In this document: positions 20,701-29,687 of the stretch, one piece after another | How positions within the stretch are numbered: the first letter of the stretch is position 1 | How the letters are laid out: every line of letters begins with the position of its first letter | DNA from: Coprococcus sp. | GTDB lineage: Bacteria > Bacillota > Clostridia > Lachnospirales > Lachnospiraceae | DNA: 64,000 nucleotides | Direction: 5' to 3' | NCBI GenBank assembly: GCA_016296785.1 | Contig: JAEDHX010000003.1 | Span: forward strand, 1,681 to 65,680 | Notes under the pieces: generated by a model | The model's database searches: none | Told to the model about the DNA's origin: nothing | Seen by the model: only the letters and a program-made list of their open reading frames with translations | Made by a program: the position numbers and the translations under genes

Positions 20701-20731
20701 TGTGTACAAAGATGAAGAGGAAAATTGTTAA
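17714..20731 (+). CDS. GtrA-like domain fused to YfhO-family membrane glycosyltransferase
   Basis: N-terminus RYIVAGGCTTAVN..AFFVNKFFVF..NYIFSKCFIF (GtrA); DSLHQYLPF, PNRFSF, TSIPYDKGW (YfhO). Confidence 0.85.
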   Translation: MDRIKNLFKKEIVRYIVAGGCTTAVNLISFFMLRLLTDLSRSAVSTISISLSIVFAFFVNKFFVFISEKKKIWVILGEFCSFVGMRLFAMLVEIVGTNLLCDSFRYNEFISKILIQVVVMVLNYIFSKCFIFKKRDKSISLKEFVKDNYVYILSFIIPAVFMLGVWIAMGIGPFGGHSLTMVDSLHQYLPFFSDYQDKLVNEGSLFYTWTIGLGSNLLAIIAYYLACPLNFIVVIFGKSNLYVAMSLLISLKIALSGLTFSSYAANKCKDKHIWGIIIFAVAYALSNYIIGYSWNVMWMDCIMILPLIMKGYDKMVEEGDVKLYTLSLFYGLLCNYYICFMICVFLVLQFFLTNHHGIKKFFVNGLKFAGASLLAAAMAAFLLVPAYLGLNTTASATRVFPKSEWYGSIWEMIKQMFVFTPPIKSQQFDGGVNLYCGTICMLLIFVYLLNRKIKLWDKIRNVILIVFLMASFNNQLLNYIWHGFHDQYGIPNRFSFLFIFILLALSCEALYKLDKMDISGILFSIAFAFGFIIMCSFNFSLKNNAMLYTEIFLAIYGIALVAYKLFNNLGKQIIMIVLIGVCITETILNGINGYDSNGYVDINQYFGEEEALFEAIDSVKTDNSGYRMDFADTTIVDESIYYNINSISLFGSTVSASLVDAMHGLGFYTGANEFLFDGANPVSMAVLNIRYVFTHKDDYIPYDVESIGSVDGVNIYQNEYTLNTGFIVDDRLLEWTKQGDNMFDSVNSFVEKATGVPVVFSQLYPEVTPVSDSCEVSHDGGLSEWYTYKKLNDGACNFMLDFTITEDSNDIYIIANSSSINKIRIYINGEEENYDRLQYQTYHVGHLVKGDKVSVEYCFRDNQPSNGKSRFAVATFNRDAFLAAYDILSEKQLTTSVFKDGYVKGTINLEEPGLLFTSIPYDKGWTVYVDGKKTEIKTVAGAFIAVPLDAGSHTITFEFFPYGLKEGLIITVFGWIVMALIMTFAGKKKRNDMVSNVYKDEEENC

Positions 20732-20759
20732 AAATTAGCCATAAATTACCATAGTATCG

Positions 20760-20788
20760 TTGACCTTAAGAAATATTTATAATATAAT
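20760..20788 (+). promoter_or_regulatory. sigma-A promoter
   Basis: TTGACC-17 bp-TATAAT. Confidence 0.7.
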
Positions 20789-20862
20789 AAACCTATATGA
20801 TTTGATACGTTAGTCTAACTGTATCAAGTGCGTAATAAATTATAGGAATGGAAGGTGCATCA

Positions 20863-22620
20863 ATGGATAAGATAAAGAGTATTGGTTGGAAGCCGTTAGC
20901 TATAGTGGCAGCTGCATTAGCTCTTGTTGCAGGTATTTTAGGTATTGCTAACATAGGAGTGGGTGCTTTAATATTAGGAATTTTGGCGGCTGGTGTTACA
21001 TTTGGAGTAATGTTTATATTTTGTGGAGATGGGGGTAATAGCGCAGCCGGTAAGGTTGATAAGTATAAGAAGCTTTTCATGAACCTTCCTATCGGATTTG
21101 CTCAGGCTAAGATAATCAATGACCCTATTAATGGAACTAGCTACCAGATAGTTGATGCAAATGAAATTTTTGGTGAATATTTTAAACTGGATGTAACTGA
21201 TTATGCTGATAAGAATCTTGGAGAAAGCAAGATTGAGGTTCTTCAGGATATCAATGCATGGTTTACGGCATATAACAATTCAGGTACTAAGGAAGGTGAC
21301 CTGATGGATGTTGAGATTACCATGGAGTCTCTCCAGAAGGTATTCAACACTGTTATGTACATGTCTGAGGCTGATTACATCAATATGGTTGTAATTGATG
21401 TAACAGAGCAGAAGGAGACAGAGAATAAGCTTAATAAGGCAATTGTTGATGCTAATGCAGCATACAAGACTCAGGCTGAGTTCCTTGCTAACATGAGCCA
21501 TGAGATTAGAACACCTATTAATGGTATTCTTGGTATGCTTCAGCTTACACTTATGGCTGAGGACCTTCAGGCAGATTACAGAGATAACCTTGTAACAGCT
21601 AAGAACTGTGCAGATACACTCCTTAGACTTATTAATGATATTCTTGATGTTAGTAAGCTTGAGGCAGGTAAGTATAAGATTAAAGAAGAGATATTTGATA
21701 TTAAGGAAGCTATTGAAGATACAGTTGCTGCTCAGATTCCAATTGCAACAAACAAAGGACTTCAGCTTGACTGCTCATTTGGTAACAACATACCTAAGCT
21801 TGTTAAGGGCGATGGACAGAGAGTTCAGCAGGTTCTTAACTGCCTTCTTTCTAATGCTATTAAGTTCACATCAGAAGGTAGCGTAAGAGTTAAGATTGCT
21901 TCTATGGATATGGAAGATGGAGGCGAGAGCAAGGTTAAGATTCGTATCGCAGTTGCTGATACAGGTATTGGTATCTCAGAGGCTAATATGAGCAAGCTCT
22001 TTATCAGATTCAGCCAGGTTGATGCTTCTGATACAAGAAAGTATGGCGGTTCAGGTCTTGGACTTGTTATTACAAAGCAGATTGTAGAGCTTATGGGTGG
22101 TAACATTCAGGTTCAGAGTAAAGAGGATATAGGTTCAACATTTATTGTTGAAGTTCCAATGAAGATAGTTAAGGCAGCTGATACAGCAGCTGAGCTTGTT
22201 AAGGAGAAAGAAGAAGCTGCAGTATTTTCAATTAATGCTCACAGCAAGGCAAGAATCCTTGTTGCAGAGGATGAGCCGGTTAACCAGCAGGTTATCGGTA
22301 AGCTGCTTGGTATGGCAGGCTTCTCATATGATATAGCTGAGAATGGTCAGAAGGCAGTAGAGCTCTTCAAACAGAAGATATACGATGCAGCTCTCTTTGA
22401 TGTTCAGATGCCTGTAATGGATGGTATTGCTGCAACTCAGGAGATCCGTGAGATTGAGAAGAAAGAGAAGAGAAAGAGACTTCCAATTATTGCAGTAACA
22501 GCAAGAGCTATGTTTGGTGATAAGGAGAGAATCCTTGAGAACAAGCTTGATGATTATATTGCTAAGCCATACAACTTAAATGATGTTGTAGATACACTTA
22601 ATAAGTACATAGAAGATTAA
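20863..22620 (+). CDS. hybrid sensor histidine kinase/response regulator
   Basis: 2 TM, H-box FLANMSHEIRTPING, N/G boxes, receiver VAEDE..FDVQMPVMDG..KP; start at 20863 or 20848. Confidence 0.93.
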   Translation: MDKIKSIGWKPLAIVAAALALVAGILGIANIGVGALILGILAAGVTFGVMFIFCGDGGNSAAGKVDKYKKLFMNLPIGFAQAKIINDPINGTSYQIVDANEIFGEYFKLDVTDYADKNLGESKIEVLQDINAWFTAYNNSGTKEGDLMDVEITMESLQKVFNTVMYMSEADYINMVVIDVTEQKETENKLNKAIVDANAAYKTQAEFLANMSHEIRTPINGILGMLQLTLMAEDLQADYRDNLVTAKNCADTLLRLINDILDVSKLEAGKYKIKEEIFDIKEAIEDTVAAQIPIATNKGLQLDCSFGNNIPKLVKGDGQRVQQVLNCLLSNAIKFTSEGSVRVKIASMDMEDGGESKVKIRIAVADTGIGISEANMSKLFIRFSQVDASDTRKYGGSGLGLVITKQIVELMGGNIQVQSKEDIGSTFIVEVPMKIVKAADTAAELVKEKEEAAVFSINAHSKARILVAEDEPVNQQVIGKLLGMAGFSYDIAENGQKAVELFKQKIYDAALFDVQMPVMDGIAATQEIREIEKKEKRKRLPIIAVTARAMFGDKERILENKLDDYIAKPYNLNDVVDTLNKYIED

Positions 22621-22631
22621 TTCGATAAATA

Positions 22632-22675
22632 AGATTAATTTGGTTTATTAGATTAATTTGGTTTATTAGATTAAT
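22632..22675. repeat. 18-bp tandem duplication
   Basis: AGATTAATTTGGTTTATT x2 plus a partial copy. Confidence 0.8.
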
Positions 22676-22685
22676 ATAATATTTT

Positions 22686-22724
22686 AAAAAGATGCGAAGA
22701 TAAGAAATTCTTCGCATCTTTTTT
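22686..22724 (+). terminator. intrinsic terminator
   Basis: AAAAAGATGCGAAGA..TCTTCGCATCTTTTTT. Confidence 0.88.
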
Positions 22725-23000
22725 ATTGAAATTGGTTAAAAAAGCGATTATATAACTATTTATTATAAAAAAAGACATTTTACAAAATGTGTAGGAATTT
22801 TAATGGTGTTACACATAAAAATCATAACAAATATTTGAATTAAGGCAATGTGGATAATAGCTACAATATATTTCATGATGCCTTTCGTTATACGTAAAGT
22901 ATTGCATGCAAAATATATAAATTTTTCTTTATAAACAGGGTATTTACAAAGTATTTTTTTGGTGGTAACGTAGGGATACATTCAAGAAAAGGAGGCGGGA

Positions 23001-23591
23001 TTGGAACATATTATTTATCTAATATTAATTGCTTACACCGCAGGTGCCATGGTTATGGATTTGATATCCTTTAGGATTCCAAATGGATATATATTATGCG
23101 GTATGGCAATGGGATTAATATCATCCTTTATTCGAGAAGGCGTGCACGGTATTCTTGAGGGAATTATTGGGGGTATTATTCCGATTATTTTATTATTTGT
23201 ATTATTTTTCATTAAAGCCATGGGAGGCGGAGATATTAAATTATTCTCGGCAATAGGTTGCTTTATAGGCAAGAGTATTGGCTTTATCCTATTGTATTCC
23301 TTTATATTTGGAGGAATATTATCAATTATTTATCTGATCAGAGCATTTGTTAAATCTATGGCGTATCATAGCTCGAATACGCACAAGGATTTACAGAATA
23401 GTTTACAAAACAATATCAATAACAATTCAAGAAAGAATTCAAGAGAAAATTCAAGAGACAATTCACAGGATATTTATAAGGGATTATGTTACATATCAAA
23501 AGATAAGTTATCTCCGCTTAAAGCGAGAATTCATTTTTCTATAGCAATATTCGCAGGGGTAATTTGCTTTATTGTAACAGGGTATGTTTAG
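23001..23591 (+). CDS. prepilin peptidase, A24 family (TadV/CpaA-like)
   Basis: DLISFRIPN and MGGGDIKL aspartate motifs, multiple TM segments. Confidence 0.88.
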   Translation: MEHIIYLILIAYTAGAMVMDLISFRIPNGYILCGMAMGLISSFIREGVHGILEGIIGGIIPIILLFVLFFIKAMGGGDIKLFSAIGCFIGKSIGFILLYSFIFGGILSIIYLIRAFVKSMAYHSSNTHKDLQNSLQNNINNNSRKNSRENSRDNSQDIYKGLCYISKDKLSPLKARIHFSIAIFAGVICFIVTGYV

Positions 23592-23617
23592 TATATAAAA
23601 ACACAGGGGGTGTTTAA

Positions 23618-24607
23618 ATAAGACAATATAAGGTTGGTATATGTGATAATGAGCAGGCTTACATGATGGGACTAATGAATTATATAAATTCTGATATGAA
23701 TAATCCGCTCTATGCAATGGCATTTTCTTCAGCTGCGATGCTTCAGGATTATCTGCATAAGTCAAAGCTTGATCTGATAATTATATCATATGATATAGCT
23801 GAGGAATTACAAGATAATGTATTAGGAAATACGAAGCTGATATATTTGACAAAGGATAGCTTAGGCAAGGAATACAATACTCCTGATTGCAGCTATGTGT
23901 TCAAATATATTCGGGCTGCCTATATATGCGATACTGCTGTATCAATGCTGGATAAAGGAAAACCACGTATTAAGAATAATATTTATCGTTCATATGCAGT
24001 TATTTCCCCAATAGGCCGATGTGGTAAAACAAGACTTGCCAAGGCAGTATGTTCACTTGATGAGGTGCGTGGTGGTCTATATGTAGGAATGGAGGCATAT
24101 TCAAGTACAACTAATAATGGATATCTGTCTTGCGATGACGGTAGCATTAGAGCTGATGCATCATCTGATATTTTGTATATGATTAAGAATAGAGATGAGC
24201 AATTAATCGATTTTATTGAAAAAAACATTGTAAGTGAGAATGGAATAGGGGTTATACCATCTCCGCTGATTTATCAGGATATTAAAAATCTAAATAAGGA
24301 CGACATGAGCTGGTATATTGAGCAGCTTATAGAGTGGGGACGCTATACAAGTATTGTTTTTGATATTGCATCGTCAGTATTATATGACATTTCATGTCTT
24401 GAGGCCTTTGATTATATTCTAATGCCGGTTCTTTCTGATGAAATATCAAGAGTAAAGATTAATTCTTTTTATAATATGCTAAAGGTGTATGAGCTACATA
24501 AAATGGCAGGAAGAATAATGGAGATTACAGTTCCTGATGTTAATATTGATAACCCGATAATGATAAGGGAAATAGAGAAATGTATTGGAGGAAATATTGC
24601 TGGATAA
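23618..24607 (+). CDS. degenerate receiver plus ParA-like protein (CpaE/TadZ-like)
   Basis: KVGICDNE pseudo-receiver start, SPIGRCGKT P-loop; frame open from ATA 23618 (first ATG at 23663). Confidence 0.65.
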   Translation: MRQYKVGICDNEQAYMMGLMNYINSDMNNPLYAMAFSSAAMLQDYLHKSKLDLIIISYDIAEELQDNVLGNTKLIYLTKDSLGKEYNTPDCSYVFKYIRAAYICDTAVSMLDKGKPRIKNNIYRSYAVISPIGRCGKTRLAKAVCSLDEVRGGLYVGMEAYSSTTNNGYLSCDDGSIRADASSDILYMIKNRDEQLIDFIEKNIVSENGIGVIPSPLIYQDIKNLNKDDMSWYIEQLIEWGRYTSIVFDIASSVLYDISCLEAFDYILMPVLSDEISRVKINSFYNMLKVYELHKMAGRIMEITVPDVNIDNPIMIREIEKCIGGNIAG

Positions 24608-25826
24608 TGATATTAAGAACCAAATAAAGGCCTGTGTAATAAATGACATGGATATGTCTGATGACATTGAAGATGATAAGGTAAGCAGCATTATTGACAA
24701 GTGCATATTAAATTACAGAGGAGAAAAGAGAATAAGTCTTTCAGATAAGCTTGAGCTAAAGCATGAACTATTTAATACCTTAAGAAGACTTGATATATTA
24801 TCAGATCTGCTTTCAGATGATGAGATAACCGAGATAATGATAAATGGTCACGGTAATATATTTATAGAAAAAGGTGGAAGGCTTTCAAGACTTAATCAAA
24901 GCTTTGAAAGTGAGGAACGACTTGTATCTGTAATTCAAAATATTGTTTCCGGGTGTAACAGACTGGTAAATGAGTCAAATCCTCTTGCTGATGCAAGACT
25001 TTCGGATGGTTCGCGTGTGAATGTGGTTTTGCCGCCGATATCTCTTAATGGGCCGGTTATGACTATTCGTAAGTTTCCAAAGGAAGGAATGACGATGGGG
25101 CGGCTGATTAGTATGGGTGCGCTGTCACAGGAGGTTGCAGAGTTATTAAGAGCACTTGTAATTGCAGGCTATAACATTTTTATTTCGGGCGGAACAGGCG
25201 CAGGTAAGACAACATTTTTAAATGCATTATCAGGATATATTCCAAAGAATGAAAGAATAATTACAATTGAGGACTCGGCCGAACTGATGATAGAAGGGGT
25301 TGATAATCTTGTTCGGCTTGAAGCAAGAAACGCAAATGTTGAGGGTGAGAATGAGATAACGATTAGAGACTTAATAAAGTGTAGTTTAAGAATGCGTCCA
25401 AACAGAATAATTGTCGGAGAGGTTAGAGATGCTGCAGCAATTGATATGCTTTCAGCAATGAATACAGGTCATGATGGCAGCTTGTCAACAGGTCATGCTA
25501 ATTCATCCGGAGATATGATTAGCAGACTTGAAACAATGGTACTTATGGGGGTTTCTATGCCGATTGAAGCTATAAGGGGGCAGATTTCTTCGGCTATAGA
25601 TATTATTGTTCATTTGGGACGACTTAGGGATGGAAGCAGAAAGGTAATGGAGATATGTGAGGTGATGGGGATGAGCGGTGGCGAGGTTATTCTTAGCAAG
25701 CTTTATGAGTATATTGAAACAGATGTCATAAATGGACAAATCGTAGGAAAGCTTCAGAAAATCAATGATATTCATAATTTGGCTAAGCTAGAGGCAGCAG
25801 GACTTATAAGCATTGTTAGGGGTTGA
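24585..25826 (+). CDS. tadA: Tad pilus assembly ATPase CpaF/TadA
   Basis: EIMING, GGTGAGKTT, TIEDSAEL, LRMRPNRIIVGEVR, MNTGHDGS. Confidence 0.93.
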   Translation: MEEILLDNDIKNQIKACVINDMDMSDDIEDDKVSSIIDKCILNYRGEKRISLSDKLELKHELFNTLRRLDILSDLLSDDEITEIMINGHGNIFIEKGGRLSRLNQSFESEERLVSVIQNIVSGCNRLVNESNPLADARLSDGSRVNVVLPPISLNGPVMTIRKFPKEGMTMGRLISMGALSQEVAELLRALVIAGYNIFISGGTGAGKTTFLNALSGYIPKNERIITIEDSAELMIEGVDNLVRLEARNANVEGENEITIRDLIKCSLRMRPNRIIVGEVRDAAAIDMLSAMNTGHDGSLSTGHANSSGDMISRLETMVLMGVSMPIEAIRGQISSAIDIIVHLGRLRDGSRKVMEICEVMGMSGGEVILSKLYEYIETDVINGQIVGKLQKINDIHNLAKLEAAGLISIVRG

Positions 25827-26575
25827 GTGATATTAGGATAGACTATAAAAGCTATAAGCTAAATGTAAAAGAAACAATAGCATGCATAATTATTTATACA
25901 TTTATTATTGCGGTCATAAGCCTGTTGTTCTACAATTCTTTATTTGCAGTTTTGGCTATGTATCCATTTATATTTGTTTTTATTAAGACGGCATCAGACA
26001 GACTGCGAAAAAAAAGGTGCAGACAGCTCCAAATAGAATTTGGTGAGATGCTTGATATGTTATCAGCAAGCTTAAGCGCCGGTTACTCGCTTGAGAGGGC
26101 ATTTATGCCGGTATATGAGGAGGTTCATGGGATATATAAAGGAAATAGTTTGATTGAAAATGAGCTTCGAATTATTAACAGAGGTTTGCAGCTAAATGAA
26201 AGCATAGAAGTATTATTAAATGATTTTGGTGAACGTTCCGGTATATCTGATATAAGAGAATTCTCTCAAGTTGTCGTTGTTGCAAAAAGGACAGGCGGAA
26301 ATATAGTTAAGATAATAAAGAAGACAACTGAGCATATGAGATCAAGACGAGAGGTCGAAAGTGAGATAGCAACAATGGTGGCGGCAAAGAGAATGGAACA
26401 AAGGATAATGAGTATTATGCCATGCGTAATTATTGCATATATGAGGCTTACTAATGGTGCATATATGGATTGCTTATATGGCAATCCGGCGGGAATTGTA
26501 GTTATGAGTATTTGCCTGATAGCAGCAATATTATCAATTTATTGGGGAAGGCGGATAGTAGAAATTGAAGTCTAA
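25823..26575 (+). CDS. tadB: TadB-like (T2SS F domain) membrane protein
   Basis: SASLSAGYSLERA, KRTGGN, TM pattern, follows tadA. Confidence 0.85.
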   Translation: MSDIRIDYKSYKLNVKETIACIIIYTFIIAVISLLFYNSLFAVLAMYPFIFVFIKTASDRLRKKRCRQLQIEFGEMLDMLSASLSAGYSLERAFMPVYEEVHGIYKGNSLIENELRIINRGLQLNESIEVLLNDFGERSGISDIREFSQVVVVAKRTGGNIVKIIKKTTEHMRSRREVESEIATMVAAKRMEQRIMSIMPCVIIAYMRLTNGAYMDCLYGNPAGIVVMSICLIAAILSIYWGRRIVEIEV

Positions 26576-27929
26576 TACGTATAGGAAAAAAGGAGTAGTA
26601 TCAAGACTATCAGAGAAGATATACATGTATATAAGTAGATTTGTAAATGTATCTGAAACAGAAAAATCCATTAGAAGCATTTGTGTTGAAGCTCCAAAGG
26701 AAATATCTGTCAAATGTAGAAGTTACTATATTGGTACAATAAAACAGGTAATCATTATACTGGCTATCAGCATAATAATATCTGTTATTGCAATGGTTAA
26801 ACATGCATGTAGTAAGGATGAAATAGTACTAGAAAGGGAAGGCTATGGGGGCGATACAAAAGAGCTGGAGTTATTAACCCGGATAGAAGATACGGTAACA
26901 AGATTTTCTGTTGATATTCTTCCAATTGAATATACGGAAGAAGAGATAGAACAGATATTTGACAAGGGGTTTGAATATATTGACGAGAATTTCCTCGGCT
27001 CAAATAGCTCAATTGATAGCATAACAGGTGATTTGAATCTGATGTCTTATATTGAAGAGCTTGGTCTTGAAGTAAATTGGACATCCTATGAACCGGATAT
27101 AATAAATAGCAGTGGCGTCATAACAAAAGAGCTTCTTGACAAACCTTGCAAAGTAGTGCTTGTTGCTAAGCTTTCATATATGGATTATTCGCGCAGCAAA
27201 GAATATGTTCTTAATGCAGTTGGAAGACAGGCTACAGGAAAAGAACAAATAATAAACAGCATAAAGAGCTTTATTATGGATGCTCAGATAAAAAAGCCTG
27301 ATGAAGAAATTATAATAATTCCTAATGAAGTAAGTGGCTATACGCTTTCGTTGTCAAAAAAAGGAATAAATGCTTCATTTATTCTTATATGTGGATGTGT
27401 GGTAGCAGTATATGTTATTGCTAAGAAGAATTCTACGCTAAAGAATATGAATAAAGAAAGGGATAGCATACTGTTACAACGCTACCCGGAATTTGTTGAC
27501 AAGCTATTGTTATATATGGGTGCAGGTCTATCTGTTAAAGGTGCATTATATAAGCTTTCTGAGGAGAAACAGTATAGTCAAAGCTCAAATAAGAGCAAAA
27601 GCTATAATCTGCTAGAGGAAGAGCTTGGTTATACGATTAATGAGATTTCTTCAGGTATTTCAGAAAGTGATGCATATATAAACCTGGGGCATAGGCTAAA
27701 GCTTCCGGTCTATATGAAGATATTTTCATTATTGTCTCAAAATATTAAAAAAGGAACTAAGGATGTACTAATAATGCTAGAGCAGGAAAAAGAGAGTAGC
27801 AATTTCCTTAAGCGCGAGCTTGCTAAAAAGAAGGGTGAGGAGGCAGGAACGAAGCTATTATTTCCAATGTTTGTTTTGTTGGGAATCGTAATGATTATTG
27901 TAGTAGTTCCTGCATTAATGAGTTTTTAA
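26565..27929 (+). CDS. tadC: TadC-like (T2SS F domain) protein with inserted extracellular domain
   Basis: LYMGAGLS, KKGEEAGTKLLFPM; about 190-aa soluble insert between TM segments. Confidence 0.8.
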   Translation: MKSNTYRKKGVVSRLSEKIYMYISRFVNVSETEKSIRSICVEAPKEISVKCRSYYIGTIKQVIIILAISIIISVIAMVKHACSKDEIVLEREGYGGDTKELELLTRIEDTVTRFSVDILPIEYTEEEIEQIFDKGFEYIDENFLGSNSSIDSITGDLNLMSYIEELGLEVNWTSYEPDIINSSGVITKELLDKPCKVVLVAKLSYMDYSRSKEYVLNAVGRQATGKEQIINSIKSFIMDAQIKKPDEEIIIIPNEVSGYTLSLSKKGINASFILICGCVVAVYVIAKKNSTLKNMNKERDSILLQRYPEFVDKLLLYMGAGLSVKGALYKLSEEKQYSQSSNKSKSYNLLEEELGYTINEISSGISESDAYINLGHRLKLPVYMKIFSLLSQNIKKGTKDVLIMLEQEKESSNFLKRELAKKKGEEAGTKLLFPMFVLLGIVMIIVVVPALMSF

Positions 27930-28022
27930 AATTTTTGTTGTGTATAAGTTGTAAGTAATAATAAGAAATAATTCGTAAGAAGCAAATTAGGTGAATTAAT
28001 ACTAGATATGGGAGGAGTTTAT

Positions 28023-28193
28023 ATGAATACAATAAAGAATTTCGTTGATGATGAGTCAGGTATGGGTGTTGTAGAGGTCTTGCTAATAATTGTCGTATTA
28101 ATAGCTATGGTATTAGTATTTCAGGAACAGATTTCAATTCTTGTAAATAATATATGGAAATCCATAGGAAAAAGTGCAAAAAAAATATACTAA
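28023..28193 (+). CDS. flp: Flp1-family type IVb pilin
   Basis: FVDDESG/MGVVEVLLIIVVLIA prepilin motif with Glu at +5; SD GGAGGAG. Confidence 0.9.
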   Translation: MNTIKNFVDDESGMGVVEVLLIIVVLIAMVLVFQEQISILVNNIWKSIGKSAKKIY

Positions 28194-28220
28194 TTAGAAA
28201 TTGCGTCAGGGGGATTTTAT

Positions 28221-29672
28221 TTGAATAACAAGGGTCAGATTACCGTGTTTTTATGTGTTGTTATGACGGTGATGATACTTATAGGTCTTACTGTTATTGA
28301 GATAACAAGAATTAATTCAGAAGAAATATCATTTGACTATGCTTCAAGAGGCGCTATGGAAGAGGTTAAAGCAGGATATCACAAGGAACTGTTTGACAGA
28401 TATCATCTATTGTTTAGAGAGCTTTCTCAAGAAAATAAAGGCGAGACTGAGATATGTGGTGAGATTAGGCAGTATATTGATTATACCTTGGGCGAGGGTG
28501 AGCACAGGGATATAACGGTTGAGGACATACTTCTTAATGGACGAGTAGGAATAATGCAGGATGAGCTAAAGCCATTTAGGGATGAAATTACTGAGTATAT
28601 GAAGCTTAAAACAGAGCTGACACTAATCGATGATCTTATTGATATGATAAAGCAGGGTGAGGAGGCTTCTGAAAAGGCAATACAGTATATTGAAGATGGT
28701 AAATTGGATGTTTGTTCTGGGGAAAGCAACTGGAATGGAGAGGATCCAAGAAGTGTGATGACGAAACAGACTTCAGGTGGTCTTATTTCTTTACTAACAG
28801 CTGATGGTATGGCACCGTCAAAGGATAAAATTGATACAACAGATTTTCCATCTCAGAATAAAGGGCTGTATGAGGATGAAGATGTCCAAATTAATCTTAG
28901 CGATATTGACGAAATGGAAAAGCAGCTTGGAATATCTAATAGTGACTGCATATTAAAGCTACAGCAGAATTACTATGGAATAGCTTATGCGCTAGACTGC
29001 TTTGATTATTATACCTGTGATAAAGATTATAATAACAAACTTAACTGTGAGGTTGAATATTTTATATGTGGCAAGAAAAGTGATTATGATAATCTGTCCT
29101 CAATTGTAAATAGAATTATATTACATAGAATGCCATTTAATCTTATTTGTCTAATGATGGATAATACCAGAATTGCGCAGGTTGAAGCTATTGCTGCAGT
29201 GCTGTCGCTTATTCCGGGAGTATCATTTTCGGCTGTTAAGTATTTGCTTGTTGCATGTTGGTCATATGCAGAGACTCTTGTAGAAATAAAATCCCTTCTG
29301 GCGGGAAATAGAATTCCAATATTAAAAACAGAACAAAACTGGCTTACAGATATCAATAAGCTGGATGAGCTTACAGATATGGACAGCATTAATTATGATG
29401 GCCCCGGTGGCATTGATTATAAGGGCTTTTTAATGATTTTTATGGCAGAAAAAATAAATAAATTGTACTACAGAATGGCTGATATTATTCAGCTTAACCT
29501 GCAAAAGAATAATAGCGATTTTAGATTTGAAAACCTTACATATGCATGGACAGTGGAGGTTAAAGCCAGACTTTGCCCAAGGTATTTGTCATATATAAAT
29601 TCATTTAAGAATGTTAATGAGGTCGATGAAGATATCTATAGATATAGTATTCTTCTTGAAGCCGGGTATTAG
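28221..29672 (+). CDS. pseudopilin-like protein (DUF5702/TadG-like)
   Basis: N-terminal KG/QITVF plus hydrophobic helix; EVEYFICGKKSD..N motif. Confidence 0.7.
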   Translation: MNNKGQITVFLCVVMTVMILIGLTVIEITRINSEEISFDYASRGAMEEVKAGYHKELFDRYHLLFRELSQENKGETEICGEIRQYIDYTLGEGEHRDITVEDILLNGRVGIMQDELKPFRDEITEYMKLKTELTLIDDLIDMIKQGEEASEKAIQYIEDGKLDVCSGESNWNGEDPRSVMTKQTSGGLISLLTADGMAPSKDKIDTTDFPSQNKGLYEDEDVQINLSDIDEMEKQLGISNSDCILKLQQNYYGIAYALDCFDYYTCDKDYNNKLNCEVEYFICGKKSDYDNLSSIVNRIILHRMPFNLICLMMDNTRIAQVEAIAAVLSLIPGVSFSAVKYLLVACWSYAETLVEIKSLLAGNRIPILKTEQNWLTDINKLDELTDMDSINYDGPGGIDYKGFLMIFMAEKINKLYYRMADIIQLNLQKNNSDFRFENLTYAWTVEVKARLCPRYLSYINSFKNVNEVDEDIYRYSILLEAGY

Positions 29673-29687
29673 AAAGGTGAGTGCTGT

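Noticed and set aside
22725..23000. c-di-GMP riboswitch upstream of the tad locus
   Set aside because: No class I or class II motif recognisable by eye; an Infernal search would be decisive.
26008..28185. A8 tracts in tadB and flp as phase-variation switches
   Set aside because: Short, in frame, Lys-coding and expected in AT-rich DNA.
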